This document shows positions 50,503 to 59,285 of a DNA stretch of 64,000 nt, one piece after another (position 1 is the first letter of the stretch; each line of letters opens with the position of its first letter). Below the pieces are notes generated by a model, which saw only the letters and a program-made list of their open reading frames with translations, ran no database searches and was not told where the DNA came from. The stretch is taken from the NCBI GenBank assembly GCA_052390235.1, contig JBQTHB010000004.1, forward strand, positions 70,986-134,985, given 5' to 3'. The DNA comes from Deltaproteobacteria bacterium (GTDB taxonomy: Bacteria; Desulfobacterota_D; UBA1144; Nemesobacterales; CSP1-2). Made by a program: the position numbers and the translations under genes.

Positions 50503-50916
50503 ATGAGGTTCGGCGATTATCTCAAGAACAAGAGGAAGCAAAAAAACATAACTCAAGAGGACTTGGCAAGGTCTCTGGGCGTATCAAGCGTGTTCGTGCA
50601 TCAGCTCGAAACCGCCAAGGTTGACGCCCCGTCTTTTGATAGGTGTCAGCAGATAGCCGACATCCTAGAGGTTCAAATTGACGAGCTGTGGAGCTTTGCC
50701 AGAAAAGAGCGCCTCAAGAGATTTATGGAGAGGGAGGGGATTTCGGAAGAACACCTCGAAGTCCTCACGGAAGGCGAGAGGATGCTCATAAAACTCTATA
50801 GAACCATTGACGAAGACACCCGGCGCGACTTCAGCGGAATGGTTTATATGCTCTTTAGGCGTTCGCAGAATGAAAGCGTTCAGGGTATCCTCGAAGAATT
50901 TATGAAATGCGCATAG
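50503..50916 (+). CDS. XRE-family HTH transcriptional regulator
   Basis: FGDYLKNKRKQKNITQEDLARSLGVSSVFVHQLE; GGAGG SD. Confidence 0.9.
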   Translation: MRFGDYLKNKRKQKNITQEDLARSLGVSSVFVHQLETAKVDAPSFDRCQQIADILEVQIDELWSFARKERLKRFMEREGISEEHLEVLTEGERMLIKLYRTIDEDTRRDFSGMVYMLFRRSQNESVQGILEEFMKCA

Positions 50917-51683
50917 CAAACAGTATTGGCACGGTGGCTGTAGCAATCGGCGTGGAGCTTATAATATTGGCTCTCATAGGCGTGGTGTTTGTGTTTCAGT
51001 TCGACAGGGCTAAGACCGACTACGTCAATAAAACGCGCGCGATTGCCGAGACCATAGGCGAGCAGGCGAGCAGTTTCTTCTCCCTCAGGGGGGAGGACAC
51101 CACAAGCGACGAGTTTTTTATGTTCTTAGACCAGCGTCTGGGGCGCAAGAAGCTCTTCAATACCTTTGAGATAGCCCCTGAGTTCTTCAGCGTCGTTCTC
51201 AGAAAAGACATCGAGAGAAATAACTCCAACGGGTTTTTTATGAGGGATTTTCACCCTGAAGACGGCTATTCCGTGAGGCGCGATAGGGGCATGATTTCCG
51301 TATCCGTTCCCTTTACCGTTCCTCAGCAGTCCGAGCCATTTGGTATAATCAAAATTGACTCGAATACAAAATCTATTATTAACAAGGTCATCTCCAATAA
51401 TTTTCTGCTCTACTTGGCGATGCTCGTCGTGCTGAACAATCAGGCGTTTATTCTCTGGCTCTTTATGAGGCGCAAGAGAGAGGTCGTATTTGAAAAGGGT
51501 TATATTCAGGAGCATTCCATAGGGGCTCTCAAAATCATGCACAAGCTCCTCAGCGATATAATTCAAGACCACGAGGGGGCGCCGGGGGCTGAGCCATCGC
51601 CCAAGGATGCGCCGAAAAAACAGGGCGATTCCAGTAAAAAGGTAATTTCGCTCTCGGATATTATTGAAAAGAGAAAGCAATGA
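50907..51683 (+). CDS. Two-TM membrane protein with periplasmic (Cache-like?) domain and short cytoplasmic tail
   Basis: Hydrophobic segments near aa 8-30 and 165-185; VSVPF...FGIIKI strands before TM2; overlaps both neighbouring genes. Confidence 0.7.
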   Translation: MRIANSIGTVAVAIGVELIILALIGVVFVFQFDRAKTDYVNKTRAIAETIGEQASSFFSLRGEDTTSDEFFMFLDQRLGRKKLFNTFEIAPEFFSVVLRKDIERNNSNGFFMRDFHPEDGYSVRRDRGMISVSVPFTVPQQSEPFGIIKIDSNTKSIINKVISNNFLLYLAMLVVLNNQAFILWLFMRRKREVVFEKGYIQEHSIGALKIMHKLLSDIIQDHEGAPGAEPSPKDAPKKQGDSSKKVISLSDIIEKRKQ

Positions 51684-52069
51684 AAAAACTCATTCTCTCG
51701 GTGTTCATATCGTTTTTTATGCTCCTTGGGTGCGTCGCCCCCTCGGATGGCGACGTTGTGGCTCTCGACGGACCCATGCTCGAGAGTATCGCCAGGGACG
51801 GCAGCCTAGAATTCAACGGCGTTGTCGTAAATACCGGCGATAGACCCGTGCGCTCGGTTTATGTGGTCGTTATACTCAAGGATGAAAAGGGAAAAATCAT
51901 TGACGCCGCCTCTGTGCCGGTTCTCGGCGAGAGCGCTGAAGCGGTCATGCTCCCGAACGATAGGATATTTTTTACCATTTTGGCAAAGGTTGACCCATCT
52001 AAAATAGCGTCAAAAGAAGTGGAAATCTACTCTGACGGAGTTCTGGATCCCCTTCAGCCTTCCTCCTAG
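51680..52069 (+). CDS. FxLYD-domain lipoprotein
   Basis: Lipobox LLGC; GVVVNTGDRPVRSVYVVVILKDEKGKII. Confidence 0.75.
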   Translation: MKKLILSVFISFFMLLGCVAPSDGDVVALDGPMLESIARDGSLEFNGVVVNTGDRPVRSVYVVVILKDEKGKIIDAASVPVLGESAEAVMLPNDRIFFTILAKVDPSKIASKEVEIYSDGVLDPLQPSS

Positions 52070-52191
52070 CGCTCATCTTAATAGAGTAGTTTAGGTATCC
52101 TAAGATTCAACCCAAAAAAAATGGCTAAACCCCCGTTTTTTTGTTAATATATCCCGCTCACAAAGGTTAGGTCATTCAAGGAGGAAATATA

Positions 52192-52701
52192 ATGCCGGTT
52201 TACGAGTATGAGTGCGATAGTTGCGTGGAGGAGTACAACGCCGACATTGACGGTTTGGTTGCCAAGGTCAGTAAAGCGGCGGCGTCGAAGCTGATGAAGA
52301 AAAACCCCAAATTCTACTACATTGAAGTTTTCGACGACAGCGAGAGAAAGGCAGTTTTCGCGCTCGGCGAGAAGGGGAAGCCGAATATTAGAAAATTCAG
52401 GTTCAAGCTGGAAAGAGAACCCGGCAAATTCCTATACATCGAGCTTAAGAATTTTAAGTTCAGCGAGCTTGTCTATAACAAAGAAGAGGAAAAAGACCTC
52501 AAATGCCCCGCCTGCGGAAAGGGTGACAGAGTCCGCCGCGTGTTTTCAACTTTCCGAGCCATTTTCGACGATAAAAATAAACGCGCCCCGCGTCCGGGAG
52601 ATGACCTTAAATATCACATGGACTACAAAGTGATGAAGGACGAGGAGATTAAAAGCGACTGGGTCGGACAGGATCACCTCAATCAGTACTTCAACAGATA
52701 G
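52192..52701 (+). CDS. FmdB-like zinc-ribbon protein with large insertion (paralogue 1)
   Basis: MPVYEYECDSC...FSEL...CPACG...VRRVFS; AGGAGG SD. Confidence 0.8.
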   Translation: MPVYEYECDSCVEEYNADIDGLVAKVSKAAASKLMKKNPKFYYIEVFDDSERKAVFALGEKGKPNIRKFRFKLEREPGKFLYIELKNFKFSELVYNKEEEKDLKCPACGKGDRVRRVFSTFRAIFDDKNKRAPRPGDDLKYHMDYKVMKDEEIKSDWVGQDHLNQYFNR

Positions 52702-52713
52702 GAGATAGAGCAG

Positions 52714-53196
52714 ATGCCTTTATACGAGTATGAGTGCATAAAATGCAGAAAAAATATAGAACAGTCCCTGCAAGTCCTAGAGGGCAAGGTGAACAAGGAA
52801 ACCCTTTGTGCCTTAGTCGAGGCTCACGACAATATTAATTTCATCGAAGTCGCCGATCTTACAAAGCGCAAAATCGTGGCAAAGTACGGGAAAAGGGCGA
52901 AAGACGGAATAGACCTCGATTTCTACCTCAATGAAGGGAAAAAACTGGTTCTGTTCAACGCCCAAAAATACCGCTTCTCGGAACTCATCTACGATAGAGA
53001 AGATGAAAAAAACGTGAAGTGCCAGTGCGGCGAGGCGGAGCAAGTTGAAAGGGTCATCTCAGGTTTTGCCTATACCAAAGACCTCTCGACGAATATGCCG
53101 AAGCCGGATTTATCAAACATTCCTCCCTCGATGAGAAATAAAGTATCCCTCACCGGCTACATCGAGGAAAAAGACAGGCCAAAGAAGAATAGGTAG
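52714..53196 (+). CDS. FmdB-like zinc-ribbon protein with large insertion (paralogue 2)
   Basis: MPLYEYECIKC...FSEL...CQCG...VERVIS; AGGAG SD. Confidence 0.8.
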   Translation: MPLYEYECIKCRKNIEQSLQVLEGKVNKETLCALVEAHDNINFIEVADLTKRKIVAKYGKRAKDGIDLDFYLNEGKKLVLFNAQKYRFSELIYDREDEKNVKCQCGEAEQVERVISGFAYTKDLSTNMPKPDLSNIPPSMRNKVSLTGYIEEKDRPKKNR

Positions 53197-53306
53197 CTCA
53201 CAGGCGGGCCGTTCAATTTTATGCGTCGGCGCAGGATTGAAATTAAGCGGGCCGCGCGCGGGGAAGAGGGGGCGGCGGTGATTGCTCTTTTTCCCGCATC
53301 GGCTGA

Positions 53307-53975
53307 TTATTTGGATTCGGTTCTATACGCCTCTTTGGGCTTGCCGAATCTCCTGCCGAGTTCGCTGTAAATATCCTCCGGGGTTATGCCCAGTTCTGCC
53401 AGTGCGATGAGCGAATGAAACCATAAATCCGCCGTCTCATAAATCATCTCGTCTCGGTTTCGGTTCTTCGCCGCAATGACGGTTTCAGTAGCCTCTTCGC
53501 CCACTTTTTTGAGGATTTTATCCAGTCCCCTCTCGAATAGCCCGCTCACGTACGAGCCAGCGCGGGGGTTTGCCCTTCGCTCTTTAATCACGCGATATAC
53601 CTCGTCGAGGCTTGCGCCAGATTTCCCGTTGCTAAAGGAAGGGGCAACGCCCTCGTACCCGTTTATTGGAGTGAAAAAGCAGGTTCTCGCGCCCGTGTGG
53701 CAGGCGACTCCGGTTTGATTTACGATGTAAAGCACGGTGTCGCAGTCGCAGTCGGTGAATATTCCCATCACCTCTTGGATGTTGCCGGACTCCTCGCCCT
53801 TCTGCCAGAGTTTCATCCTCGACCTGCTCCAGAAGTGCGCCCTCTTTGTCTCGATTGTCTTCTCTAGGGCGGCCCTATTGGCGTAGGCGAACATCAGCGC
53901 CTGACCGCATTGCGCGTCCTGCACGATGACCGGTATCAGTCCTTGCTCGTTGAATTTTAGGCTCTCGATTTCCAT
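53307..53975 (-). CDS. hisIE: Bifunctional phosphoribosyl-AMP cyclohydrolase / phosphoribosyl-ATP diphosphatase
   Basis: FWSRSR, KGEESG, DCDCD, ACHTGARTCF, KKVGEEATE and ETADLWFH. Confidence 0.97.
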   Translation of the reverse strand: MEIESLKFNEQGLIPVIVQDAQCGQALMFAYANRAALEKTIETKRAHFWSRSRMKLWQKGEESGNIQEVMGIFTDCDCDTVLYIVNQTGVACHTGARTCFFTPINGYEGVAPSFSNGKSGASLDEVYRVIKERRANPRAGSYVSGLFERGLDKILKKVGEEATETVIAAKNRNRDEMIYETADLWFHSLIALAELGITPEDIYSELGRRFGKPKEAYRTESK

Positions 53976-54131
53976 TTATTCCTCCTCGGCTCGGCATAAA
54001 TCTACCTGATTCGGCGGATTTTTCCCTCTTTCCCGCGCCAAAGATTAGGCGGCGCAATTCCTACCCCGCTTTACTAGAGCTGATTTGTCGCTTATAGTTC
54101 TAATCATAGGGTTTCAAGGAGGCGACATAAA

Positions 54132-54338
54132 ATGGCAAGGGTAACTATTGAAGACTGTCTCGATAAAGTGGAAAATCGCTTTGCCCTCTCGATTGCGGCG
54201 ATGAAGCGCGCAAAGCAGATTGTCAAGGGCGCGAGGCCTCTGTCCAAGGAGATAGACAATAAGCACGTCGTTCTCGCCCTCAGAGAGATTGCCGAAGACA
54301 AGGTAAAGGTTACTTATCCCGACGGCCGCCGCCCCTAG
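54132..54338 (+). CDS. rpoZ: RNA polymerase omega subunit
   Basis: [19 protein letters not shown]...KRAKQ...ALREIA. Confidence 0.96.
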   Translation: MARVTIEDCLDKVENRFALSIAAMKRAKQIVKGARPLSKEIDNKHVVLALREIAEDKVKVTYPDGRRP

Positions 54339-54937
54339 TGTTGGAATACTTCAACTCGCTCGTGCTTAGTTTTATCCCGCTTTTCGTCGCCATAGACCCG
54401 ATTGGCGTAGCGCCGATGTATCTTTCTCTCACCAAAAAACTCAGCCCCGTCGAGAGAAATAAAATAGCTAGAGATTCGATTTTCACCGCCGCCGCAATAG
54501 GGGTCATATTTGTCTTTGGCGGCAAATTTATTTTCGCAATCCTCGGCATAACGTTTGCCGACTTCGCCATTGCCGGAGGGCTTTTGCTCTTCACATTCTC
54601 TATTCTCGACCTCCTCAGAGAAGAAAATATTGACTCCCACCCCGGCGCGTCTCTAGGCGTATTTCCCATTGGCACTCCACTCATTGCGGGCCCGGCCGTG
54701 CTTACGACGCTGATAATTCTCGTTGACGCTCAGGGGTTTATTCCAACGCTCACGGCTTTCGGGCTAAATTTAGTTGTTCTCAGGGTGATGCTCTACAAAG
54801 CCCCTGCGATTTTATCCGTTCTCGGCGAGAGCGGCGCGAGGGCGTTTGCGAAGGTGATGAGCATATTGCTTGCGGCGATAGCGATAATGCTCGTGAGGAG
54901 GGGGGTTCTCGAAATTATCTCCTCGGCGGGCGGATAA
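54338..54937 (+). CDS. MarC family membrane protein
   Basis: LFVAIDPIG, FAIAGGLLLF and VFPIGTPLIAGPA. Confidence 0.92.
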   Translation: MLEYFNSLVLSFIPLFVAIDPIGVAPMYLSLTKKLSPVERNKIARDSIFTAAAIGVIFVFGGKFIFAILGITFADFAIAGGLLLFTFSILDLLREENIDSHPGASLGVFPIGTPLIAGPAVLTTLIILVDAQGFIPTLTAFGLNLVVLRVMLYKAPAILSVLGESGARAFAKVMSILLAAIAIMLVRRGVLEIISSAGG

Positions 54938-55001
54938 TGACACCGGACTGGGATTAGGCGCGGATAAAAATTCCCTCAATATTCTCTATACTTGATTGAA
55001 A

Positions 55002-56942
55002 ATGATGCGAGTCGGAATTGACACAGGCGGCACTTTTACGGATTTCATTTTTTATGACGGCGGCCGGATAACCGTTCATAAGGTTCTGTCCACGTCGAAA
55101 GACCCATCGCAGGCAATCCTCGAGGGTATTGGCGAGGTTCTAGGAAATGGAATTGCCGGAGTGGAGATTGTCCACGGCACAACAGTTGCCACAAACGCCC
55201 TCCTTGAGAGAAAAGGCGCTAGAATCGCGCTTGTAACCACGAAGGGATTCGAGGACGTGATTGAAATTGGGAGGCAGAACAGGGGAAGCCTCTACGACCT
55301 GCTCTGGGAGCGGGCAGAACCCCTGGTCTCAAGAGGTCTCAGATTCGGCATCTCGGAGCGGGTGAACCACAGGGGCGAGGTTTTAGCTGAAATTAATCCG
55401 CATGAAATAGATGCTCTGCTCGTCCAACTCCGGCGCCTGAACCTCGAAGGGGTGGCGGTCTCATTCCTGCACTCCTACGCGAACCCCAAAAACGAAGAGG
55501 CGGCGACAAAGCTCCTAGCGCCACTCGGAGTACCCATTTCCGTATCCTCTCGAATCCTGCCCGAATTCAGGGAGTATGAGCGAACCTCGACCGTAGCGGC
55601 GAACTCTTATCTTGCTCCGAAGGTGAAATCCTACATGGACGCTCTATGCAGAAATCTTCCCGACTCGAATATTTCAATAATGCAGTCGAGCGGAGGGCTA
55701 ATATCCCCCCATCAGGCAGGGGATGAGCCGGTGCGGATAGTTCTCTCAGGCCCTGCCGGGGGAGTGGTCGGGGCGTTTAAAGCCGCCAAAGCCGCAGGAT
55801 TTCACAAGGCGCTGACCTACGATATGGGCGGAACATCAACGGACATCGCCCTTTTGGACGGAGCAGTGAGATTCACGACCGAGACCTCAATAGGCGGCGT
55901 GCCGATAAGAGTCCCAATGATTGACGTAGCCACAATAGGCGCGGGAGGAGGCTCAATAGCCCGCATTGACTCAGGCGGCGCGCTCAAGGTGGGACCTGAG
56001 AGCGCGGGCGCGGACCCGGGCCCTGCCTGCTATGGAAGGGGTACTCTCGCCACTGTAACCGACGCGAATCTCTTCCTCGGCAGGATAAACCCAAGCCGCT
56101 TCCTCGGCGGGCGCATGAAAATCCATCCCGAAAGAGCCGAGTCCGTAATCCACGAAATGGCGATGCGGGCGAATCTGCCGCCAAAGATGCTTGCCGAGGG
56201 GATTATCAGCGTTGCAAACGCCAACATGGAGAGGGCGCTACGGGTCATATCCATAGGGCGCGGGTTTGACCCGCGGGAGTTTGCGCTGGTCTCCTTCGGA
56301 GGGGCGGGCGGGCTTCACGCATCAGACATTGCCGTTGGGCTCGGTATCCAGACCGTTATTTTCCCGCAGAATCCGGGAGCGCTGTCGGCCTTGGGGATGC
56401 TTCTTGCCGACTCTTTTAGAGACTATAGCCTTACCGTGTTCCTAGACGGCGGCGACTTTGGGGCTATCGAGGAGGGATTTGAACATTTGCATAAGCGAGC
56501 CTTGGCGGATTCAATGGGCAGGCAGGTAGCGCTCAAACGGTTTCTCGATGTCCGCTACCGCAGGCAGTCGCATGAAATCACCATCTCGTACTCGAAGCGC
56601 TCTGCCCTCGCATTTCACAGGGCGCACCGCAAACTCTACGGGTACGCAAAGCCCAAGGGCGAGGTTGAAATCGTAACCCTGAGGCTTCGGGCGATAGAAA
56701 AAAAGAAGAAATTCAACATCCCAAGGCTAAATAAGCCGCCATCAGGCGTTTCGTCGCATCTGGCGCGAATCTTTTACGGCGGCGGGGAGATTGATGCTCG
56801 CTCCTTTGCGAGAGCGGAATTTTTCTCAGGCTTTGGCTTCCGGTCTCCCGCGATAATTTATGACGATACCTCGACGATTTTTATCCCCCCCGGCTTCGAG
56901 TGCGATGTGGACGGCTTCGGCAACATCTTGGCGAGGGTGTGA
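55002..56942 (+). CDS. Hydantoinase A/oxoprolinase family protein
   Basis: GIDTGGTFTD, HGTTVATNALLERKG, SGPAGG, DMGGTSTD, GAGGGS and GPESAGADPGPACY. Confidence 0.93.
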   Translation: MMRVGIDTGGTFTDFIFYDGGRITVHKVLSTSKDPSQAILEGIGEVLGNGIAGVEIVHGTTVATNALLERKGARIALVTTKGFEDVIEIGRQNRGSLYDLLWERAEPLVSRGLRFGISERVNHRGEVLAEINPHEIDALLVQLRRLNLEGVAVSFLHSYANPKNEEAATKLLAPLGVPISVSSRILPEFREYERTSTVAANSYLAPKVKSYMDALCRNLPDSNISIMQSSGGLISPHQAGDEPVRIVLSGPAGGVVGAFKAAKAAGFHKALTYDMGGTSTDIALLDGAVRFTTETSIGGVPIRVPMIDVATIGAGGGSIARIDSGGALKVGPESAGADPGPACYGRGTLATVTDANLFLGRINPSRFLGGRMKIHPERAESVIHEMAMRANLPPKMLAEGIISVANANMERALRVISIGRGFDPREFALVSFGGAGGLHASDIAVGLGIQTVIFPQNPGALSALGMLLADSFRDYSLTVFLDGGDFGAIEEGFEHLHKRALADSMGRQVALKRFLDVRYRRQSHEITISYSKRSALAFHRAHRKLYGYAKPKGEVEIVTLRLRAIEKKKKFNIPRLNKPPSGVSSHLARIFYGGGEIDARSFARAEFFSGFGFRSPAIIYDDTSTIFIPPGFECDVDGFGNILARV

Positions 56943-57060
56943 GAGGGGGGTTGCCATCGAAAATCTCAAGCGCAGGTGGATAGCCAAAGCGCTTGGGCGA
57001 TACTTGATATTCTAAACGTGTATAATTTAGCGTTGAACTCACCACTAAGGAGCGTCTGAA

Positions 57061-58377
57061 TTGAAGCGGAAAAATTTGATTCTCGGCGGAGGCATGACGG
57101 GGCTTGCCGCTGGTATTACATCCCATCTTCCCGTTTATGAGTCCGAGATTGTTCCGGGGGGAATTTGCTCGTCTTATTATCTCTGTGCGGGAGACTCGCT
57201 GTCGCCTCTCTTTGCCCAGCCCGAAGACGGTCAGGCGTATCGCTTTGAAATCGGCGGAGGGCATTGGATATTCGGCGGAGACCCTGCGGTACTCAAATTT
57301 ATCCGCTCCCTTGCGCCGACAAAATCCTATGCCCGCTCCTCATCGGTCTATTTCCCCGACCGAGATCTCTACGTTCCGTATCCGATACAAAATCACCTCG
57401 GCTACCTCGGAAAAGATATTGCCGCAAGGGCTATTGCCGAGATTATCTCATCCCCCAAGGGCGAGACGCGCACTATGGCAGACTGGATTGCGCAGAGCTT
57501 TGGCAGGACTCTCACTGACCTGTTCTTTGCCCCCTTTCACGAACTCTACACCGCGGGGCTTTGGACGAAAATCGCCCCGCAGGATGCCTATAAATCCCCC
57601 GTGAATATGCAACTGGCCATCGAAGGGGCGTTCGATAAAACCCCTCCCGCCGTGGGCTACAACACGACCTATCTCTACCCGACCGACGGGCTGAACGCTC
57701 TAGCCGGGCGCATGGCTCGAAGGGCGGATGTGCGATATGCAAAGCGCGCCGCGAGGATTCACACTGCGAAAAGGGAGGTCGAATTTACGGACGGCACGAC
57801 TGAGGGCTACGATAATCTGATTTCGACGCTTCCCCTAAATAAGGCGCTTGAAATCTCGGGCGTTGCTCTCGACGCCCAGCCCGACAGTTTCTCCTCGGTT
57901 TTGGTGCTGAACATCGGCGCTAAAAAAGGAGATAAGTGTCCGCCGGATCATTGGCTCTACGTTCCGAAAAGTGCCTGCGGCTTTCACCGCGTCGGTTTCT
58001 ACAGCAACGTGGATTCGTCATTTCTTCCCGCCGCTTCTCGCAAATCCCAAGACCGAGCGAGCATTTACGTCGAGAGGGCTTATGCGAACGGGAAGAAACC
58101 ATCCGAGGCTGAGATTAAATCCTATTCGGATGCCGTTGTGAAGGAGCTTCAGTCGTGGAGGTTTATAGAGGAGGCAGAAGCGGTTCACCCGACCTGGATT
58201 GAGGTCGCCTACACGTGGTCTGTGCCGGGGTCAAGGTGGCGACAGAGGGCTATAGGCGCGCTTGAAGGCGTGGGGATATATCAGATCGGGCGTTACGGCA
58301 GATGGACTTTTCAGGGCATTGCCGAGTCAATTCGGGATGGTTTCATTATTGGTGGCGCAATGGGAGGGGCTACTTAA
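57061..58377 (+). CDS. FAD-dependent oxidoreductase (protoporphyrinogen oxidase-like / UDP-galactopyranose mutase-like)
   Basis: GGGMTGLAA, PGGICSS, FEIGGGHWIF, YPIQN, STLPL and GRYGRW. Confidence 0.78.
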   Translation: MKRKNLILGGGMTGLAAGITSHLPVYESEIVPGGICSSYYLCAGDSLSPLFAQPEDGQAYRFEIGGGHWIFGGDPAVLKFIRSLAPTKSYARSSSVYFPDRDLYVPYPIQNHLGYLGKDIAARAIAEIISSPKGETRTMADWIAQSFGRTLTDLFFAPFHELYTAGLWTKIAPQDAYKSPVNMQLAIEGAFDKTPPAVGYNTTYLYPTDGLNALAGRMARRADVRYAKRAARIHTAKREVEFTDGTTEGYDNLISTLPLNKALEISGVALDAQPDSFSSVLVLNIGAKKGDKCPPDHWLYVPKSACGFHRVGFYSNVDSSFLPAASRKSQDRASIYVERAYANGKKPSEAEIKSYSDAVVKELQSWRFIEEAEAVHPTWIEVAYTWSVPGSRWRQRAIGALEGVGIYQIGRYGRWTFQGIAESIRDGFIIGGAMGGAT

Positions 58378-59281
58378 GCCACATGGACAGGTCGCGCTTT
58401 ACGAGCTTTTCGAGCTTGCGAATATCCTCTCTGTATAGATTGATTAGATATTCTCTGGCGCGGGGGCTAATTTTTTTCTCGTTTCTCGCCTTGAGGTAGT
58501 TCACTAGCCGCTCGGTTGTGCGCTTACCGAGGGCGCTGAGGATTAGAGGGCGCAGGAGCTTTTTTAGTGGATGGTCATAGTCGCTAAGAAATTTTTGAAA
58601 ACTCTCGCTCTCCGGCATTTTGGATGCGTTGAGTTTTTCGCCTACACTGGGCGTGAACCCCCCATCAACCCCGAGGAATCCGAAAATGTCTCTAGCAATA
58701 GCGAGCGGGTTTCGGCTGAAATCGTCGTAGAGATAAACTCTCACCCCGTCCTCTCCGAAAGCCTCGAAATACGCCTCGACCTGCCGGAAGTAGAACCCCG
58801 CGTCCTTATAAAACCATATAAACTCCCAATTCTCTGCTCGCCTGTCATTCTCGGATTCGAGGGCGTCCTCAAAGGACAGTTTCTCCCTTCCATCTCTAAT
58901 CATGTGCCGATACGAGGAAAACGCCCTATCCACCGGATTTCTGAGCAGGATAATAATTTTTGCCCCTGCGGTCAGCGCCTGAATCGAGGCAATTGAGGAG
59001 CGATAAAAATACAGGTAATCGGCCGAGGCTTCGCCGAGCGCGCGCTCATCTTCGGCTTTGGCGAATAGATTCTCGTAATCGCCGAGGGATTTTATCACGG
59101 TTGCGTCCACTGAAGCATCGCCGGGGCCATTGTGCGGAAAATTATTTGCCTCGCAGGACAGGTATTTCGGCTCTTTAACGGGACTTAGGTAAATCTGCGG
59201 GTGCTGGTTGAGATACGCCCAGAGGGAGGTTGTGCCGGATTTTGCCGCTCCGACTATGAAAAAATTGGGGAGTTTGCGCAT
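58370..59281 (-). CDS. Sulfotransferase
   Basis: PNFFIVGAAKSGTTSL (5'-PSB), KEPKY, GEASADY and LRNPVDRAFS (3'-PB). Confidence 0.92.
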   Translation of the reverse strand: MRKLPNFFIVGAAKSGTTSLWAYLNQHPQIYLSPVKEPKYLSCEANNFPHNGPGDASVDATVIKSLGDYENLFAKAEDERALGEASADYLYFYRSSIASIQALTAGAKIIILLRNPVDRAFSSYRHMIRDGREKLSFEDALESENDRRAENWEFIWFYKDAGFYFRQVEAYFEAFGEDGVRVYLYDDFSRNPLAIARDIFGFLGVDGGFTPSVGEKLNASKMPESESFQKFLSDYDHPLKKLLRPLILSALGKRTTERLVNYLKARNEKKISPRAREYLINLYREDIRKLEKLVKRDLSMWLK

Positions 59282-59285
59282 ATCT

